Source of the DNA: Chitinophagales bacterium | GTDB lineage: Bacteria > Bacteroidota > Bacteroidia > Chitinophagales > UBA8649 | Assembly (NCBI GenBank): GCA_049610685.1 | Contig: JBMYZU010000007.1 | Span: forward strand, 10,954-74,953 | Reading direction: 5' to 3' | Length of the DNA stretch: 64,000 nt | Program-made: the position numbers and the translations under genes | Shown: in pieces, positions 27,775-37,621 of the stretch | How positions within the stretch are numbered: position 1 is the stretch's first letter | How the letters are laid out: each line of letters opens with the position of its first letter | Notes under the pieces: model-generated | The model's database searches: none | What the model saw: only the letters and a program-made list of their open reading frames with translations | Told to the model about the DNA's origin: nothing

Positions 27775-28722
27775 TTAATGTTTCCCATGATTGTAATCCT
27801 CTATGGTCTTTTGGATAGCTAGACTAGCAAGGGTGTATCCTGCCTTAAATCCAGCACTGTCAAGTTTTGTGTTGTCTGATGCTGTGTGATACTGGTATTG
27901 ATTCTTTAAGGATTCCGGCATAGGGATATAGTCTATCATTACCTCACGTTGCATGGCGTCAAAGACCAATTCAATCATATGCTTAAAAGACTTAGCCTCC
28001 CCTGTACCTACATTGTATATACCTGAAGTAGGTTTTGATTCCAATAGAAAGTCAATAACACGAATCACATCGCCTACAAAGACAAAATCCCTCAGTTGAC
28101 CACCGTCTGCATACGTTGGATGATAGGACTTGAATAAACGCATTCGACCTGTTTCTTTGATTTGCGCATAGGCTTGGGATATCACAGACGCCATAGATGC
28201 CTTACGCCTCTCATAGGGGCCATAGACATTAAAGAATCGAAGACCGTAGATTGAATGATCTTGTGAATCCTCCTTGATTTGCTTAAGAATAAGTTTATCG
28301 GCTTCCAACTTAGACTTCCCATAGAGATTAAGCGGCTCATAGACACTATTCTTGCTATGTGCATCACTATAGCCTTGCTCACCATCTCCATAAACTGCCG
28401 CGGATGAAGCATAAACCAAAGGAACCTTGAACCGTCGACTAAGCTTAACCATTGAAAGGCTTGCCTCAATATTGTAGTAGACGAGTTTTGACCAATCTTT
28501 GCACGTCGTATCCGAGATGGCCCCTAAGTGAATAATACCATCAATCGGCTTGTCCCAAGTGCTCCAATCAATCGTTTCAAAGGGAGTTACCTTATTGAGT
28601 TCGTGCTTTGCAATACAGTCCTCTGTATCGACTAGAATGAGATTGACATTCTTTGTCTGGTAATAATCAATGACATTACGGCCAATAAAGCCTCCTGCTC
28701 CTGTAATAAGAAGTGTTTTCAT
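27775..28722 (-). CDS. rfaD: ADP-L-glycero-D-manno-heptose 6-epimerase
   Basis: TGAGGFIG, HLGAISDTT, YASSAAVYG, PLNLYGKSK, RFFNVYGP.E..K..MASV, GGQLRDFV, YQY.T. Confidence 0.88.
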   Translation of the reverse strand: MKTLLITGAGGFIGRNVIDYYQTKNVNLILVDTEDCIAKHELNKVTPFETIDWSTWDKPIDGIIHLGAISDTTCKDWSKLVYYNIEASLSMVKLSRRFKVPLVYASSAAVYGDGEQGYSDAHSKNSVYEPLNLYGKSKLEADKLILKQIKEDSQDHSIYGLRFFNVYGPYERRKASMASVISQAYAQIKETGRMRLFKSYHPTYADGGQLRDFVFVGDVIRVIDFLLESKPTSGIYNVGTGEAKSFKHMIELVFDAMQREVMIDYIPMPESLKNQYQYHTASDNTKLDSAGFKAGYTLASLAIQKTIEDYNHGKH

Positions 28723-30947
28723 TAGCCGTTTAGGCGGGCGGTTAGGCCGTTATCATAAATGCTGTGCAGTGCGGACACAGACCCTATGCTTTCTCCATTC
28801 ACTGAAACATCGTTACCTTGCGTAAGTCCAAGATTTTGAAGTGGAATACCGAGTTCTGTTACTTTTTGCTCAAAGGCCGCAACTTTTGCATCTTCTACAC
28901 TGACAATAACTCGTCCTTGAGCCTCTCCAAAAAAGAAGGCATCCTTGCGTACATCCCCAAGATCTATTGTGGCATTAACCCCAATGCCATGCTCGAAAGA
29001 AGATTCTAACAGGGCAATCATCAATCCCCCATCCGATACATCATTTGCAGAAGCCATAAGTTTATCACGATGAAGGGCTTGTATTCCTTCAATGAGTCGA
29101 ACCTCCTCATCAATATCGAAGTAAGGCGCAGGGCTAATGGATAGACCCTTTATGTGCTGTGCATACTGGCTTGATCCTATATCATTGACAGAATGGCCAA
29201 GAAGGTATACTCGATGCCCCTCAGCTTGGAATCCCATGGGTAGTGCTTCGCGAACATCATCAATCGTTCCAATCATACCTATCGTAGGTGTTGGGTAAAC
29301 TGGCCCATCATCGCTCGACTGATTGTAGAAACTCACATTTCCACCGGTAACCGGGGTATCTAGACGGCTGCAGGCCTCTCCCATCCCTTGGATAGCATTC
29401 ACAAACTGCCAGTAGACATGCTTGTTATATGGATTTCCAAAGTTTAAGCAATTGGTAATGGCAGAAGGTTGGCCTCCAGAACAAGCAATGTTTCGCGCCG
29501 CTTCACAGACGGCAATGGCACCTCCCTTTTTCGGATCAGCGTGGACGTAGCGTGCGTTACAATCTACCGTTAAACAAAGTCCCTTGGTAGATGTGGGGTC
29601 AATTCGAATGACCATGGAGCTATGCTTTTCGTTGGCCGAAGTATTGACTAGACCGACCATATTATCGTATTGCTCATACACCCAACGCTTGGACGCTATA
29701 TTGGGTAAAGCGAGCATAGCCTCTGTCGTGGCCTTAAGATCTGATACGTCTTCAAGAGATGACCAATTGAGCGGCGTATTCCATTCTTTATAGTACGGTG
29801 GCTCTTCATATTCTCTGTGATATACGGGAGCACCTCCTCCAAGCACAAGGCTTTCTGCAGGAATGTTAGCGACAACCTCCTCGCCCATCGTAAAGCATAT
29901 ATTCCCATCATCGGTTACTTCGCCGATAGGTTCGCAAAGTACATCCCAACGCTTGAATATTTCTTCAACCTCAGCCGTGCGACCTTTTTTGATAACAAGT
30001 AGCATGCGTTCCTGAGATTCAGAAAGAAGCATTTCCCAGGCCTCCATATCCTTTTGTCGTGTTGGAACCTTAGATAGGTCAATGCGCATCCCAGCACCAC
30101 CCTTAGCAGACATTTCACTTGTAGAGCAGGTAATACCTGCGGCCCCCATGTCCTGCATACCAATCAGCGCTCCTGTCTTGATTACCTCAAGACTTGCCTC
30201 TAAGAGTAACTTCTCTTGGAAGGGATCCCCCACTTGTACTGCAGGTAAATCCTCTTCAGCATTTTCCGATAAATCTTTTGAAGCAAAAGCGGCTCCAGCG
30301 ATACCATCTTTTCCTGTAGCTGCACCGACAATATATACCGGATTCCCTGCGCCGTAGGCTGTAGCTGATACGGTATGATTCACATCACATATTCCAACTG
30401 ACATGGCATTAACCAATGGATTGGTATGATATACCTCATCGAAGAAAACCTCACCCCCCACAGTAGGGACACCAAAAGAGTTGCCGTAATTCCCAATCCC
30501 CTTCACCACACCTCTAAGAAGATGTTGCGTTCGGGGAAGATCAGGATTTCCAAAACGAAGGGAGTTTAGCGCGGCAATAGGCCTTGCACCCATGGTGAAA
30601 ATATCCCGGTGAATCCCCCCTACTCCAGTAGCAGCCCCTTGGTAAGGTTCAACAGCAGATGGATGATTGTGTGATTCAATTTTAAAGGCACATCCTATAC
30701 CGTTACCCAGGTCCACAAGTCCAGCGTTTTCCTCCCCTGCTTCGACAAGTAGTTTTTTCCCCGAACGAGGTAGGGTCTTAAGCCAGACAATACTGTTTTT
30801 ATACGAACAGTGTTCACTCCACATTACTGAATAGATGTGGAGCTCCGTTAAGTTGGGTTCGCGACCTAAATGATCACAAATTGCATCATATTCTTCCGAG
30901 AGAAGCCCAATTTCAGTGGCGCGTGCGCGTAAGTCTTTATCAGCCAT
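28722..30947 (-). CDS. purL: Phosphoribosylformylglycinamidine synthase subunit PurL (small type)
   Basis: [54 protein letters not shown]. Confidence 0.98.
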   Translation of the reverse strand: MADKDLRARATEIGLLSEEYDAICDHLGREPNLTELHIYSVMWSEHCSYKNSIVWLKTLPRSGKKLLVEAGEENAGLVDLGNGIGCAFKIESHNHPSAVEPYQGAATGVGGIHRDIFTMGARPIAALNSLRFGNPDLPRTQHLLRGVVKGIGNYGNSFGVPTVGGEVFFDEVYHTNPLVNAMSVGICDVNHTVSATAYGAGNPVYIVGAATGKDGIAGAAFASKDLSENAEEDLPAVQVGDPFQEKLLLEASLEVIKTGALIGMQDMGAAGITCSTSEMSAKGGAGMRIDLSKVPTRQKDMEAWEMLLSESQERMLLVIKKGRTAEVEEIFKRWDVLCEPIGEVTDDGNICFTMGEEVVANIPAESLVLGGGAPVYHREYEEPPYYKEWNTPLNWSSLEDVSDLKATTEAMLALPNIASKRWVYEQYDNMVGLVNTSANEKHSSMVIRIDPTSTKGLCLTVDCNARYVHADPKKGGAIAVCEAARNIACSGGQPSAITNCLNFGNPYNKHVYWQFVNAIQGMGEACSRLDTPVTGGNVSFYNQSSDDGPVYPTPTIGMIGTIDDVREALPMGFQAEGHRVYLLGHSVNDIGSSQYAQHIKGLSISPAPYFDIDEEVRLIEGIQALHRDKLMASANDVSDGGLMIALLESSFEHGIGVNATIDLGDVRKDAFFFGEAQGRVIVSVEDAKVAAFEQKVTELGIPLQNLGLTQGNDVSVNGESIGSVSALHSIYDNGLTARLNG

Positions 30948-31167
30948 AGTACGTTTGATTATCAATCGCCTTCTAAATAATTCAAAATTCTAATCAAACA
31001 TACAACCTGGGAGGCACACTATTTTTCAACTTTTTCCATCATTTTTCAAGAAAATTCAAAAATGTTGTGATATATGTTGGATTATTTGTGGATTACTCCA
31101 AAAAAAAGTAAAAATATTGATGCATTTTTGCTGAAACATAGCAATTCACGATAAATTTTTAAATAAT

Positions 31168-33351
31168 ATGCAAAACGACGTTTTATCCACAATTCTCAAT
31201 CAGCATGATATTCAAGTTGATGGTTCTCCGGAAAAAGTATCCGCCTACTTCGAAGAACTCGTTTTTACAAAGTCCAAAATGAAAGAATATCTTTCAAAGG
31301 ATGTTTACAGTGAAGTCATCGAGTGCATTGAATTGGGAAACAAAATCAATCGAGACATCGCTGGACATGTAGCTTCAGCCATGCGTTCATGGGCCATGAG
31401 TCACGGTGCAAAAAGCTATACCCACTGGTTTCAACCATTAACAGGAGCTACTGCAGAAAAGCACGATAGCTTTTTTACGCCAAAATCAGATGGACAGCAT
31501 ATTGAACAATTCACAGGTGATGCGCTTGTACAGCAGGAGCCTGATGCATCAAGCTTCCCTAATGGAGGGATACGCGCAACTTTTGAAGCGCGTGGCTACA
31601 CCGCATGGGATCCATCCTCCCCTGCCTTTATTCTTGAATTGAAAGCGGGCAAGGTTCTTTGCATTCCTACCATATTCATCTCCTACACAGGTGAGGCTTT
31701 AGATTACAAAGCCCCTTTGTTAAAGTCTATTCACTTTCTCGAGAAGCATGCACTTCCCATTGCACGTATGTTTGACCGCCATGCAAATCGCGTACAACCT
31801 ACCTTAGGCTGGGAGCAAGAATACTTCTTAGTGGATGAGCGCATGTATTATGCCCGTCCAGACTTGGTTATGGCAGGACGTACTTTAATTGGGTCAGCCC
31901 CTGCGAAAGGCCAACAACTCGACGACCACTACTTCGGGTCTATCCCTGAGCGAGTGTACTCTTTTATGGTTGACTTGGAGTACCAAGCGCATCGATTAGG
32001 TATTCCTATCCAAACGCGACACAACGAGGTAGCGCCTGGACAATATGAGTTTGCGCCAATGTTTGAGTCGGTTAATGTTGCTGTGGATCACAATCAACTC
32101 GTTATGGACCTTATGGATCGCGTAGCAAGTCGACATAAACTCAAAGTACTTAAGCACGAAAAGCCGTTTGCCGGAATCAACGGAAGCGGGAAACACAATA
32201 ACTGGTCATTAGGAACAGATACAGGCAAAAACCTTTTATCCCCTGGCTCAACACCGAAAACAAACCTTCGTTTCTTGACCTTCTTTGTGAATGTGATTAA
32301 AGCCGTGCATGAGCATGCCGACGTATTACGTGCATCGATTGCCTCTGCTGGAAATGATCACCGATTAGGAGCTAATGAAGCGCCTCCTGCCATCATCTCA
32401 GTCTTTATCGGCTCTCACCTTACGGGAGTTTTAGATTCCATCTTAGAACGCGTAGAAAAGGGCAAGAAGTTTGACGAAGAAAGCAATGCAAACCTTAAGT
32501 TGGATATCCATAAAATGATTCCTGATGTATTGCTCGATAATACCGATCGAAACCGTACTTCACCTTTTGCCTTTACAGGAAACAAATTTGAAATCCGTGC
32601 TGTCGGCTCTTCGACCAACTGTGCCTCCCCTATGATTGTTATGAATACAATTGTTGGGGCGCAATTAGAAGCGTTCAAGAAAGATGTAGATGCATTGATT
32701 GCTAAAGATGAAAAAAGAGACGGCGCCGTCTTACGCGTATTGAGTCGATACATCGAGGAATCAAAAGCAATTCGTTTCGAAGGGGATAATTACACCGAAG
32801 AATGGGCGAAAGAGGCTGCGAAGCGCAAATTGTCGAATGTGAAGGACTCAGCACATGCTTTAGGACTTTTTGAAACCGACAAAGCGATTAAACTCTTTAC
32901 TAGTAGTGGCGTCTTTAATGAGGTGGAATTAGAAGCTCGTCAGGAAATCAACTACGAGAATTACAACCTCAAACTGCATATTGAGGTCAATGTATTGGCT
33001 GATATGGCTCGTACTATGGTCGTACCTGCTGCCATTCGATACCAGAAGAAGATTGCAGACACTTTGGAAAGCCTTGAAAAGAATGGCGTTAAGTCTACTA
33101 GCTATATGCGTAAGGAACTTGCGCTTATCGGTGAGCATATCGAAGGCTTACTTGAGCTTACCGGCCAACTTGATGAGGTTTCTGCAAAAGCCTCTTCCAA
33201 GAAACATGCAAGAGATGAAGCCCGCTACATTGCAAAAAATATTATTCCGTATTTTGAAAAGGTTCGCGGACATTGCGATGCGTTAGAAGCTCGTATTAGC
33301 GATGCAGAGTGGCCATTGCCGAAGTACCGTGACATGTTATTTATTCGATAA
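31168..33351 (+). CDS. glnA: Glutamine synthetase type III
   Basis: HWFQPLTG.TAEKHD, QEPDASSFP.GG.R.TFEARGY, GWEQEYFL, HEKPFAGINGSGKH, DRNRTSPFAFTGNKFE. Confidence 0.97.
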   Translation: MQNDVLSTILNQHDIQVDGSPEKVSAYFEELVFTKSKMKEYLSKDVYSEVIECIELGNKINRDIAGHVASAMRSWAMSHGAKSYTHWFQPLTGATAEKHDSFFTPKSDGQHIEQFTGDALVQQEPDASSFPNGGIRATFEARGYTAWDPSSPAFILELKAGKVLCIPTIFISYTGEALDYKAPLLKSIHFLEKHALPIARMFDRHANRVQPTLGWEQEYFLVDERMYYARPDLVMAGRTLIGSAPAKGQQLDDHYFGSIPERVYSFMVDLEYQAHRLGIPIQTRHNEVAPGQYEFAPMFESVNVAVDHNQLVMDLMDRVASRHKLKVLKHEKPFAGINGSGKHNNWSLGTDTGKNLLSPGSTPKTNLRFLTFFVNVIKAVHEHADVLRASIASAGNDHRLGANEAPPAIISVFIGSHLTGVLDSILERVEKGKKFDEESNANLKLDIHKMIPDVLLDNTDRNRTSPFAFTGNKFEIRAVGSSTNCASPMIVMNTIVGAQLEAFKKDVDALIAKDEKRDGAVLRVLSRYIEESKAIRFEGDNYTEEWAKEAAKRKLSNVKDSAHALGLFETDKAIKLFTSSGVFNEVELEARQEINYENYNLKLHIEVNVLADMARTMVVPAAIRYQKKIADTLESLEKNGVKSTSYMRKELALIGEHIEGLLELTGQLDEVSAKASSKKHARDEARYIAKNIIPYFEKVRGHCDALEARISDAEWPLPKYRDMLFIR

Positions 33352-33361
33352 ACTACGTTGT

Positions 33362-34420
33362 ATGATCTACCGAAATCTCCTTGTTTTCTGCTTTGGCCTC
33401 TTGTCCATATCAACAATGGCCCAAGACCTTCCTACGGTTTACGCCCATGGCGGACAAGGAAGAAATGTAAACTGGTCAGCCATCAAAGCAGAACATGATC
33501 GCATGTATGGTGATGATGATATGCCCGGATATTTTGAAAACATGTGCTGGAGAGATGTCGAAGTATTAAGTGCTTCTTCAACCCTAGGAAATCAAGGTGC
33601 ATATAACTATAGCGTAAATAACTTAAACGATACTGATCCATTTACTGCTTGGGTAGAAGGGGAAGATGGTTATGGCATTGGAACGTATCTCTATATACGA
33701 GGAAATGTAAATTCGATTTACAATGGATATCAGCGCTCCCCTCAATCATGGGCCATGAATTCTCGAGTAAAGAAGTTTAAGGTTTATCGAAATGGAGAGG
33801 CCTTATGCTACTTAGTGCTAAAGGATGAAATGGGTGATCAACGATTTGAACTTCCTGGTTTTGATTACAATGATGATCAAGTTGTTTACCGTTTCGAAAT
33901 AATGGAAGCCTATCCGGGGAGTAAGTGGGCAGATGTGGCCATCACAGAAATAAGAGGAAGCGGATGCTGCTTTTCTGGCAATACAGCAATTACCTCCTCT
34001 TCATCCTCCTATCCAATTCACACTATAACTGAAGGCCTCCCGGTGACCACGATTGATTTAGAGACGGGGAGTGTCACTGAAACGAGCACCAAGCTTGTCA
34101 CCCAACAGCATCATCTTAGTTTAATCACTGTTCGTTGTGGAGATTACGAAGTGCATTTAACGCCTGACCACCCGCTATACGTTAAGGGTGTTGGATTTAC
34201 CTCACTACCCTCATATGCCCGTACCCTCGGTCTAGCATCTTATCAAGAACTAACTGGTACTGCAGAGATTATGGTCTGGGATGAAGAAGGTCAAGAGACT
34301 CAATTTAAGACCATCGATGCCATCACCCTCAATAAGGGCTACTTTGACACCTATACTATCTTAGGCCTTAAGGAAGGCAACACTTACATTGCCAACGGCT
34401 TTATCACGAAAACCTACTAA
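33362..34420 (+). CDS. Secreted protein: NADase-type glycan-binding (discoidin-like) domain plus C-terminal Hint domain
   Basis: Signal peptide from ATG 33362; ASSTL...TAWVEG..G.GIG...NGY....NSRVK...YPG.KW.D.AITEI; then GCCFSGNT.I, LTPDHPLYV, NTYIANG. Confidence 0.8.
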   Translation: MIYRNLLVFCFGLLSISTMAQDLPTVYAHGGQGRNVNWSAIKAEHDRMYGDDDMPGYFENMCWRDVEVLSASSTLGNQGAYNYSVNNLNDTDPFTAWVEGEDGYGIGTYLYIRGNVNSIYNGYQRSPQSWAMNSRVKKFKVYRNGEALCYLVLKDEMGDQRFELPGFDYNDDQVVYRFEIMEAYPGSKWADVAITEIRGSGCCFSGNTAITSSSSSYPIHTITEGLPVTTIDLETGSVTETSTKLVTQQHHLSLITVRCGDYEVHLTPDHPLYVKGVGFTSLPSYARTLGLASYQELTGTAEIMVWDEEGQETQFKTIDAITLNKGYFDTYTILGLKEGNTYIANGFITKTY

Positions 34421-34480
34421 TCGCCTAGAGAAGTATAGCACAATCGTTGGGAAGCACTCTTTCGGCGTATATTCGCAGGA

Positions 34481-35575
34481 ATGAGGGAAATGATTGATAT
34501 TGTTGGAGGCAGTATAGCAGGACTTTCTGCAGGAATCGCCTTTGAACAGTTGGGTTTCCCTACAAGGATTTGGGAAAGAGACAATCCAATTCATAGTAGA
34601 GATGGCCATGCCTTTCTTGTGTTAGGCTCTGCGCTTGGCTCTTTGCATCACCTTGGTATCGCCGAAGACCTTAGAAATACATCGGCTAATATTCAACGAG
34701 GAATGTACTTCGATAACAAGGGAGATTTGATTAAATCCTTTGACCTACAAGATACCTTTGGCACAAAACGAATTGACTTAGTACGTATTTTAACAAGTAA
34801 GTATTCAGGTCGTTTGCACTACGATTGCGATTTAGAGAAAATCAGTTTCGACGACGACCAATATACCCTTGAATTTCAAAGTGGCGAAATCACCAAAGCA
34901 TCTACCTTGATTGGTGCGGATGGTGCTAATAGCCGAATTCGAAAGTGGCTGTATCCCAATCATAAACTTCATACAGGAGGGTATTTCGAAATTGTTGGCT
35001 CTTGTGAAAATGCGAGTATCGTCAAGGCTTTGGATAACTCATTTCAAAAGCACTTTACTCAAGATCACATAAACCAGGAGTATATCGCTTTTGGAATTCT
35101 TCCTACGGGGGGGGACGATTTGACATGGTTTTTGCAAATACCGGTAACTGTACCTGAGCAAGTGAATGACCTTTATAATGTGGAGTCACGAGAGAAATTT
35201 CTTCAAGAGCTTTCGAGCAATTGGTCCAACCTTATAGCAGAAGCCATTGAATCAACAGATACGAATTCCACCTATGTATGGCGCTCAGGATATATGGACC
35301 TGTTGCATACTTTTCATTTTCACAACATGTTTTTGATTGGAGATGCCTGTCATCCTCTGTTGAGTATGACAAGCCAAGGGGTTAACACTGCCTTAGAAGA
35401 CGCCATTCACTTAGCCCAACTCTTTAATGACAATGATCACCAAGACGTTGGGAATCTATATTATGCCAATAGAAAAGAGGTTATTGCTGATCGCATAGAA
35501 TATGGCAAGCACCTTGCCGATCGTTTTACTAAACATCCTGAGCAATGGGTACAAATGGTTCATTTAGCCGACTAA
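34481..35575 (+). CDS. FAD-dependent monooxygenase (UbiH/salicylate hydroxylase-like)
   Basis: IVGGSIAGL, LIGADGANS.IR, LIGDACHP...SQGVNTALEDA. Confidence 0.88.
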   Translation: MREMIDIVGGSIAGLSAGIAFEQLGFPTRIWERDNPIHSRDGHAFLVLGSALGSLHHLGIAEDLRNTSANIQRGMYFDNKGDLIKSFDLQDTFGTKRIDLVRILTSKYSGRLHYDCDLEKISFDDDQYTLEFQSGEITKASTLIGADGANSRIRKWLYPNHKLHTGGYFEIVGSCENASIVKALDNSFQKHFTQDHINQEYIAFGILPTGGDDLTWFLQIPVTVPEQVNDLYNVESREKFLQELSSNWSNLIAEAIESTDTNSTYVWRSGYMDLLHTFHFHNMFLIGDACHPLLSMTSQGVNTALEDAIHLAQLFNDNDHQDVGNLYYANRKEVIADRIEYGKHLADRFTKHPEQWVQMVHLAD

Positions 35576-36729
35576 CTGACGAAAACAAAAAGACGTTAAG
35601 GTCAAGAGCCTTCAATTTCCGGTGGGCGACCCTTGAATCGGACATTATCCCATTGACAGCAGCCGATCCAGACATTCCTGTACCGGGTCCGATTATTGAG
35701 GGTATCCAAGAATATATAAAGGAACCATACCTCAGTTATGGCCCAGCCGAGGGACTTCCCGAGTTTTGTCAAGGTGTTGCGGACTTTTACAACAAGCATA
35801 AGGGAGGTGATATTCAAGCTGAAGAGGTTTTTGCCATCAACAGTGCGGCCAGTGGAATGTTTCTTGTAGCGCAAGCCGTTGTTAAGCCAGGTGACGAAGT
35901 CATTATTGCCGATCCCGTAGATTTTCTGTTGGAGCGCTCTGTACTAGCTGCTGGAGGAGTAATCAAGCGATTTGACAGAAGACCTAATTCTTCCATTCTT
36001 GAGGCCATCCAAGAGCAGTTTTCCTCAAAAACAACGATGTTATCCCTATGCAATCCGCATAATCCAACAGGAGAAATCTTTGATCGTGATACGTTGGGAG
36101 CCATTTTAACATGGGCAAAACAAAAGGACATCTATGTTGTGAGCGATGAGATATGGAGTGACATCGTCTACGATGGCGCCACGGTCCATTCCGTGCGTTC
36201 CTTCGACAAATCGCTAACTGAGAAGGTCTTTACAGTCTATGGCTATTCCAAAAGCTTTGGTTTGGCTGGACTTCGCATTGGCGCACTCATCACCCCTAAT
36301 CCTGAATGGCGGGATACCATGGTCAAGCTGAGTTACGCTGCTGATACGGCCTATGGTGTAGCTACACTCTCTCAGGTAGGCGCTGTTGCTGCTATGCAAG
36401 ATGCAAGCTGGTCGGCTTTTCAAGATGTATTAAAGCACTATCAGCAAAACCGAGATCGGATAACGCAGTTTGTGGATTCTGTGCCTACTCTATCAGCTAT
36501 CCCACCAAAAGCGACTTATCTGTATTGGATAAATATCGAGCAGACTGGGCATAGCGCTGATTTTATAGTCGAGCACCTCAGAAAAAACCATGATTTAGCG
36601 GTGATTCCAGGCAACCCGACCTTCTTTGGACCGCGAGCTGAGGGGCATATCCGACTTTCTTTTGCTACGACAACTGATATTCTTGAAGAAGGGCTAAGGA
36701 GGTTACGAGAGGGAATTGAGCGTCTTTAG
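35545..36729 (+). CDS. PLP-dependent class I/II aminotransferase (MalY/PatB-like)
   Basis: IPLTAADPD, LCNPHNPTG, VSDEIWSD, YSKSFGLAGLR, HIRLSFA. Confidence 0.9.
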   Translation: MGTNGSFSRLTDENKKTLRSRAFNFRWATLESDIIPLTAADPDIPVPGPIIEGIQEYIKEPYLSYGPAEGLPEFCQGVADFYNKHKGGDIQAEEVFAINSAASGMFLVAQAVVKPGDEVIIADPVDFLLERSVLAAGGVIKRFDRRPNSSILEAIQEQFSSKTTMLSLCNPHNPTGEIFDRDTLGAILTWAKQKDIYVVSDEIWSDIVYDGATVHSVRSFDKSLTEKVFTVYGYSKSFGLAGLRIGALITPNPEWRDTMVKLSYAADTAYGVATLSQVGAVAAMQDASWSAFQDVLKHYQQNRDRITQFVDSVPTLSAIPPKATYLYWINIEQTGHSADFIVEHLRKNHDLAVIPGNPTFFGPRAEGHIRLSFATTTDILEEGLRRLREGIERL

Positions 36730-36788
36730 GGCACTATTGATTAGTTGATGTTTGTATCTAGACTTAATCTGATTTGCTCTAGTCAAAG

Positions 36789-36846
36789 CCCACGTTCCAC
36801 CCCCGCCCTACGGGTAAAATAATCCTGTCAAAAAGTGTGCCGCTGA
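36789..36846 (+). repeat. 58-bp C-rich dispersed intergenic element, copy B
   Basis: 48/58 identical to 23930..23987. Confidence 0.8.
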
Positions 36847-36909
36847 CCTTTCTACTCTATCGTAAATGTGAATGAGCATTCGGCGTCATGAGTGATTAGA
36901 ATAGGACAT

Positions 36910-36937
36910 AAAAAAAGCCCGTTTTCACGGGCTTTTT
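36910..36937 (-). terminator. Bidirectional intrinsic terminator after tRNA-Ser
   Basis: AAAAAAAGCCCGT-tttc-ACGGGCTTTTT. Confidence 0.8.
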
Positions 36938-36944
36938 ACTTTTC

Positions 36945-37032
36945 TGGCGGAGAAAGAGGGATTCGAACCCCCGGACCTGTTACAGTCAACGGTTTTCAAG
37001 ACCGCCGCAATCGACCACTCTGCCATTTCTCC
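36945..37032 (-). tRNA. tRNA-Ser (TGA)
   Basis: GGAGAAATGGCAGAGTGGTCGATTGCGGCGGTCTTGAAAACCGTT...GGTTCGAATCCCTCTTTCTCCGCCA; long variable arm, encoded CCA; TATATTTG promoter element at 37037-37044. Confidence 0.97.
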
Positions 37033-37103
37033 GCTACAAATATAAGCGACTTTCAAAAATTACAGGACTTGGAATCAAAAACTTCTAAAACCTTTTAAAT
37101 AGG

Positions 37104-37607
37104 CTATTGCTCAAGAATCTTTGGTAGATCTGCGGGACTATAGTTTACCGACTTCAGCACTTTATTATCCCCTTGTCGATAGACCATCCATTGATCACCT
37201 TTTTGGGCAATGGTGGACTGCGTGCCATCGCGATCAGCGTAATGGGCCTGGGTAGCTCTCGCCTCTTCCTCTGAAGAACATGCCTTACTCATATTGGAAC
37301 GCTGAACTTCATCAAAAAGCGCTTTAAACTTGTCACCTAAACCAAACTCTAATATTGCACCACTCAAGACATATTGAATGTCAGCTAATGCATCAGCTAC
37401 TTCTACAAGATCATTGGTTTCAATAGCTTCTTTTAACTCATTTAACTCCTCTTGCAGAAGGTTTACCCTAAGGGCACAACGATCTTCTGAAGGAATTTGA
37501 GGTGTATCAAGTACAGGAGCACCAAACAGGCTATGAAAAGCCGCTACGTCATTTAGCGCATTGGCTTCTTGAAATTGGGATGGTTTGTTAGCATCTGCCA
37601 TAATCAT
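37104..37607 (-). CDS. MazG-like/PRA-PH-like nucleoside triphosphate pyrophosphohydrolase
   Basis: V..FH..F, LRVNLLQEELNEL, VEVADALAD, EVQRSNMSK, KVLK. Confidence 0.88.
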   Translation of the reverse strand: MIMADANKPSQFQEANALNDVAAFHSLFGAPVLDTPQIPSEDRCALRVNLLQEELNELKEAIETNDLVEVADALADIQYVLSGAILEFGLGDKFKALFDEVQRSNMSKACSSEEEARATQAHYADRDGTQSTIAQKGDQWMVYRQGDNKVLKSVNYSPADLPKILEQ

Positions 37608-37621
37608 CAGTTTTTTTTCAG

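Noticed and set aside
33965-34420. Canonical splicing intein or homing element
   Set aside because: No terminal His-Asn, no C-extein and no endonuclease domain; treated as a cleavage-type Hint domain instead.
36730-37032. Integrative element at tRNA-Ser (or at tRNA-fMet)
   Set aside because: No integrase and no duplicated tRNA 3' end (att site) seen in the window.
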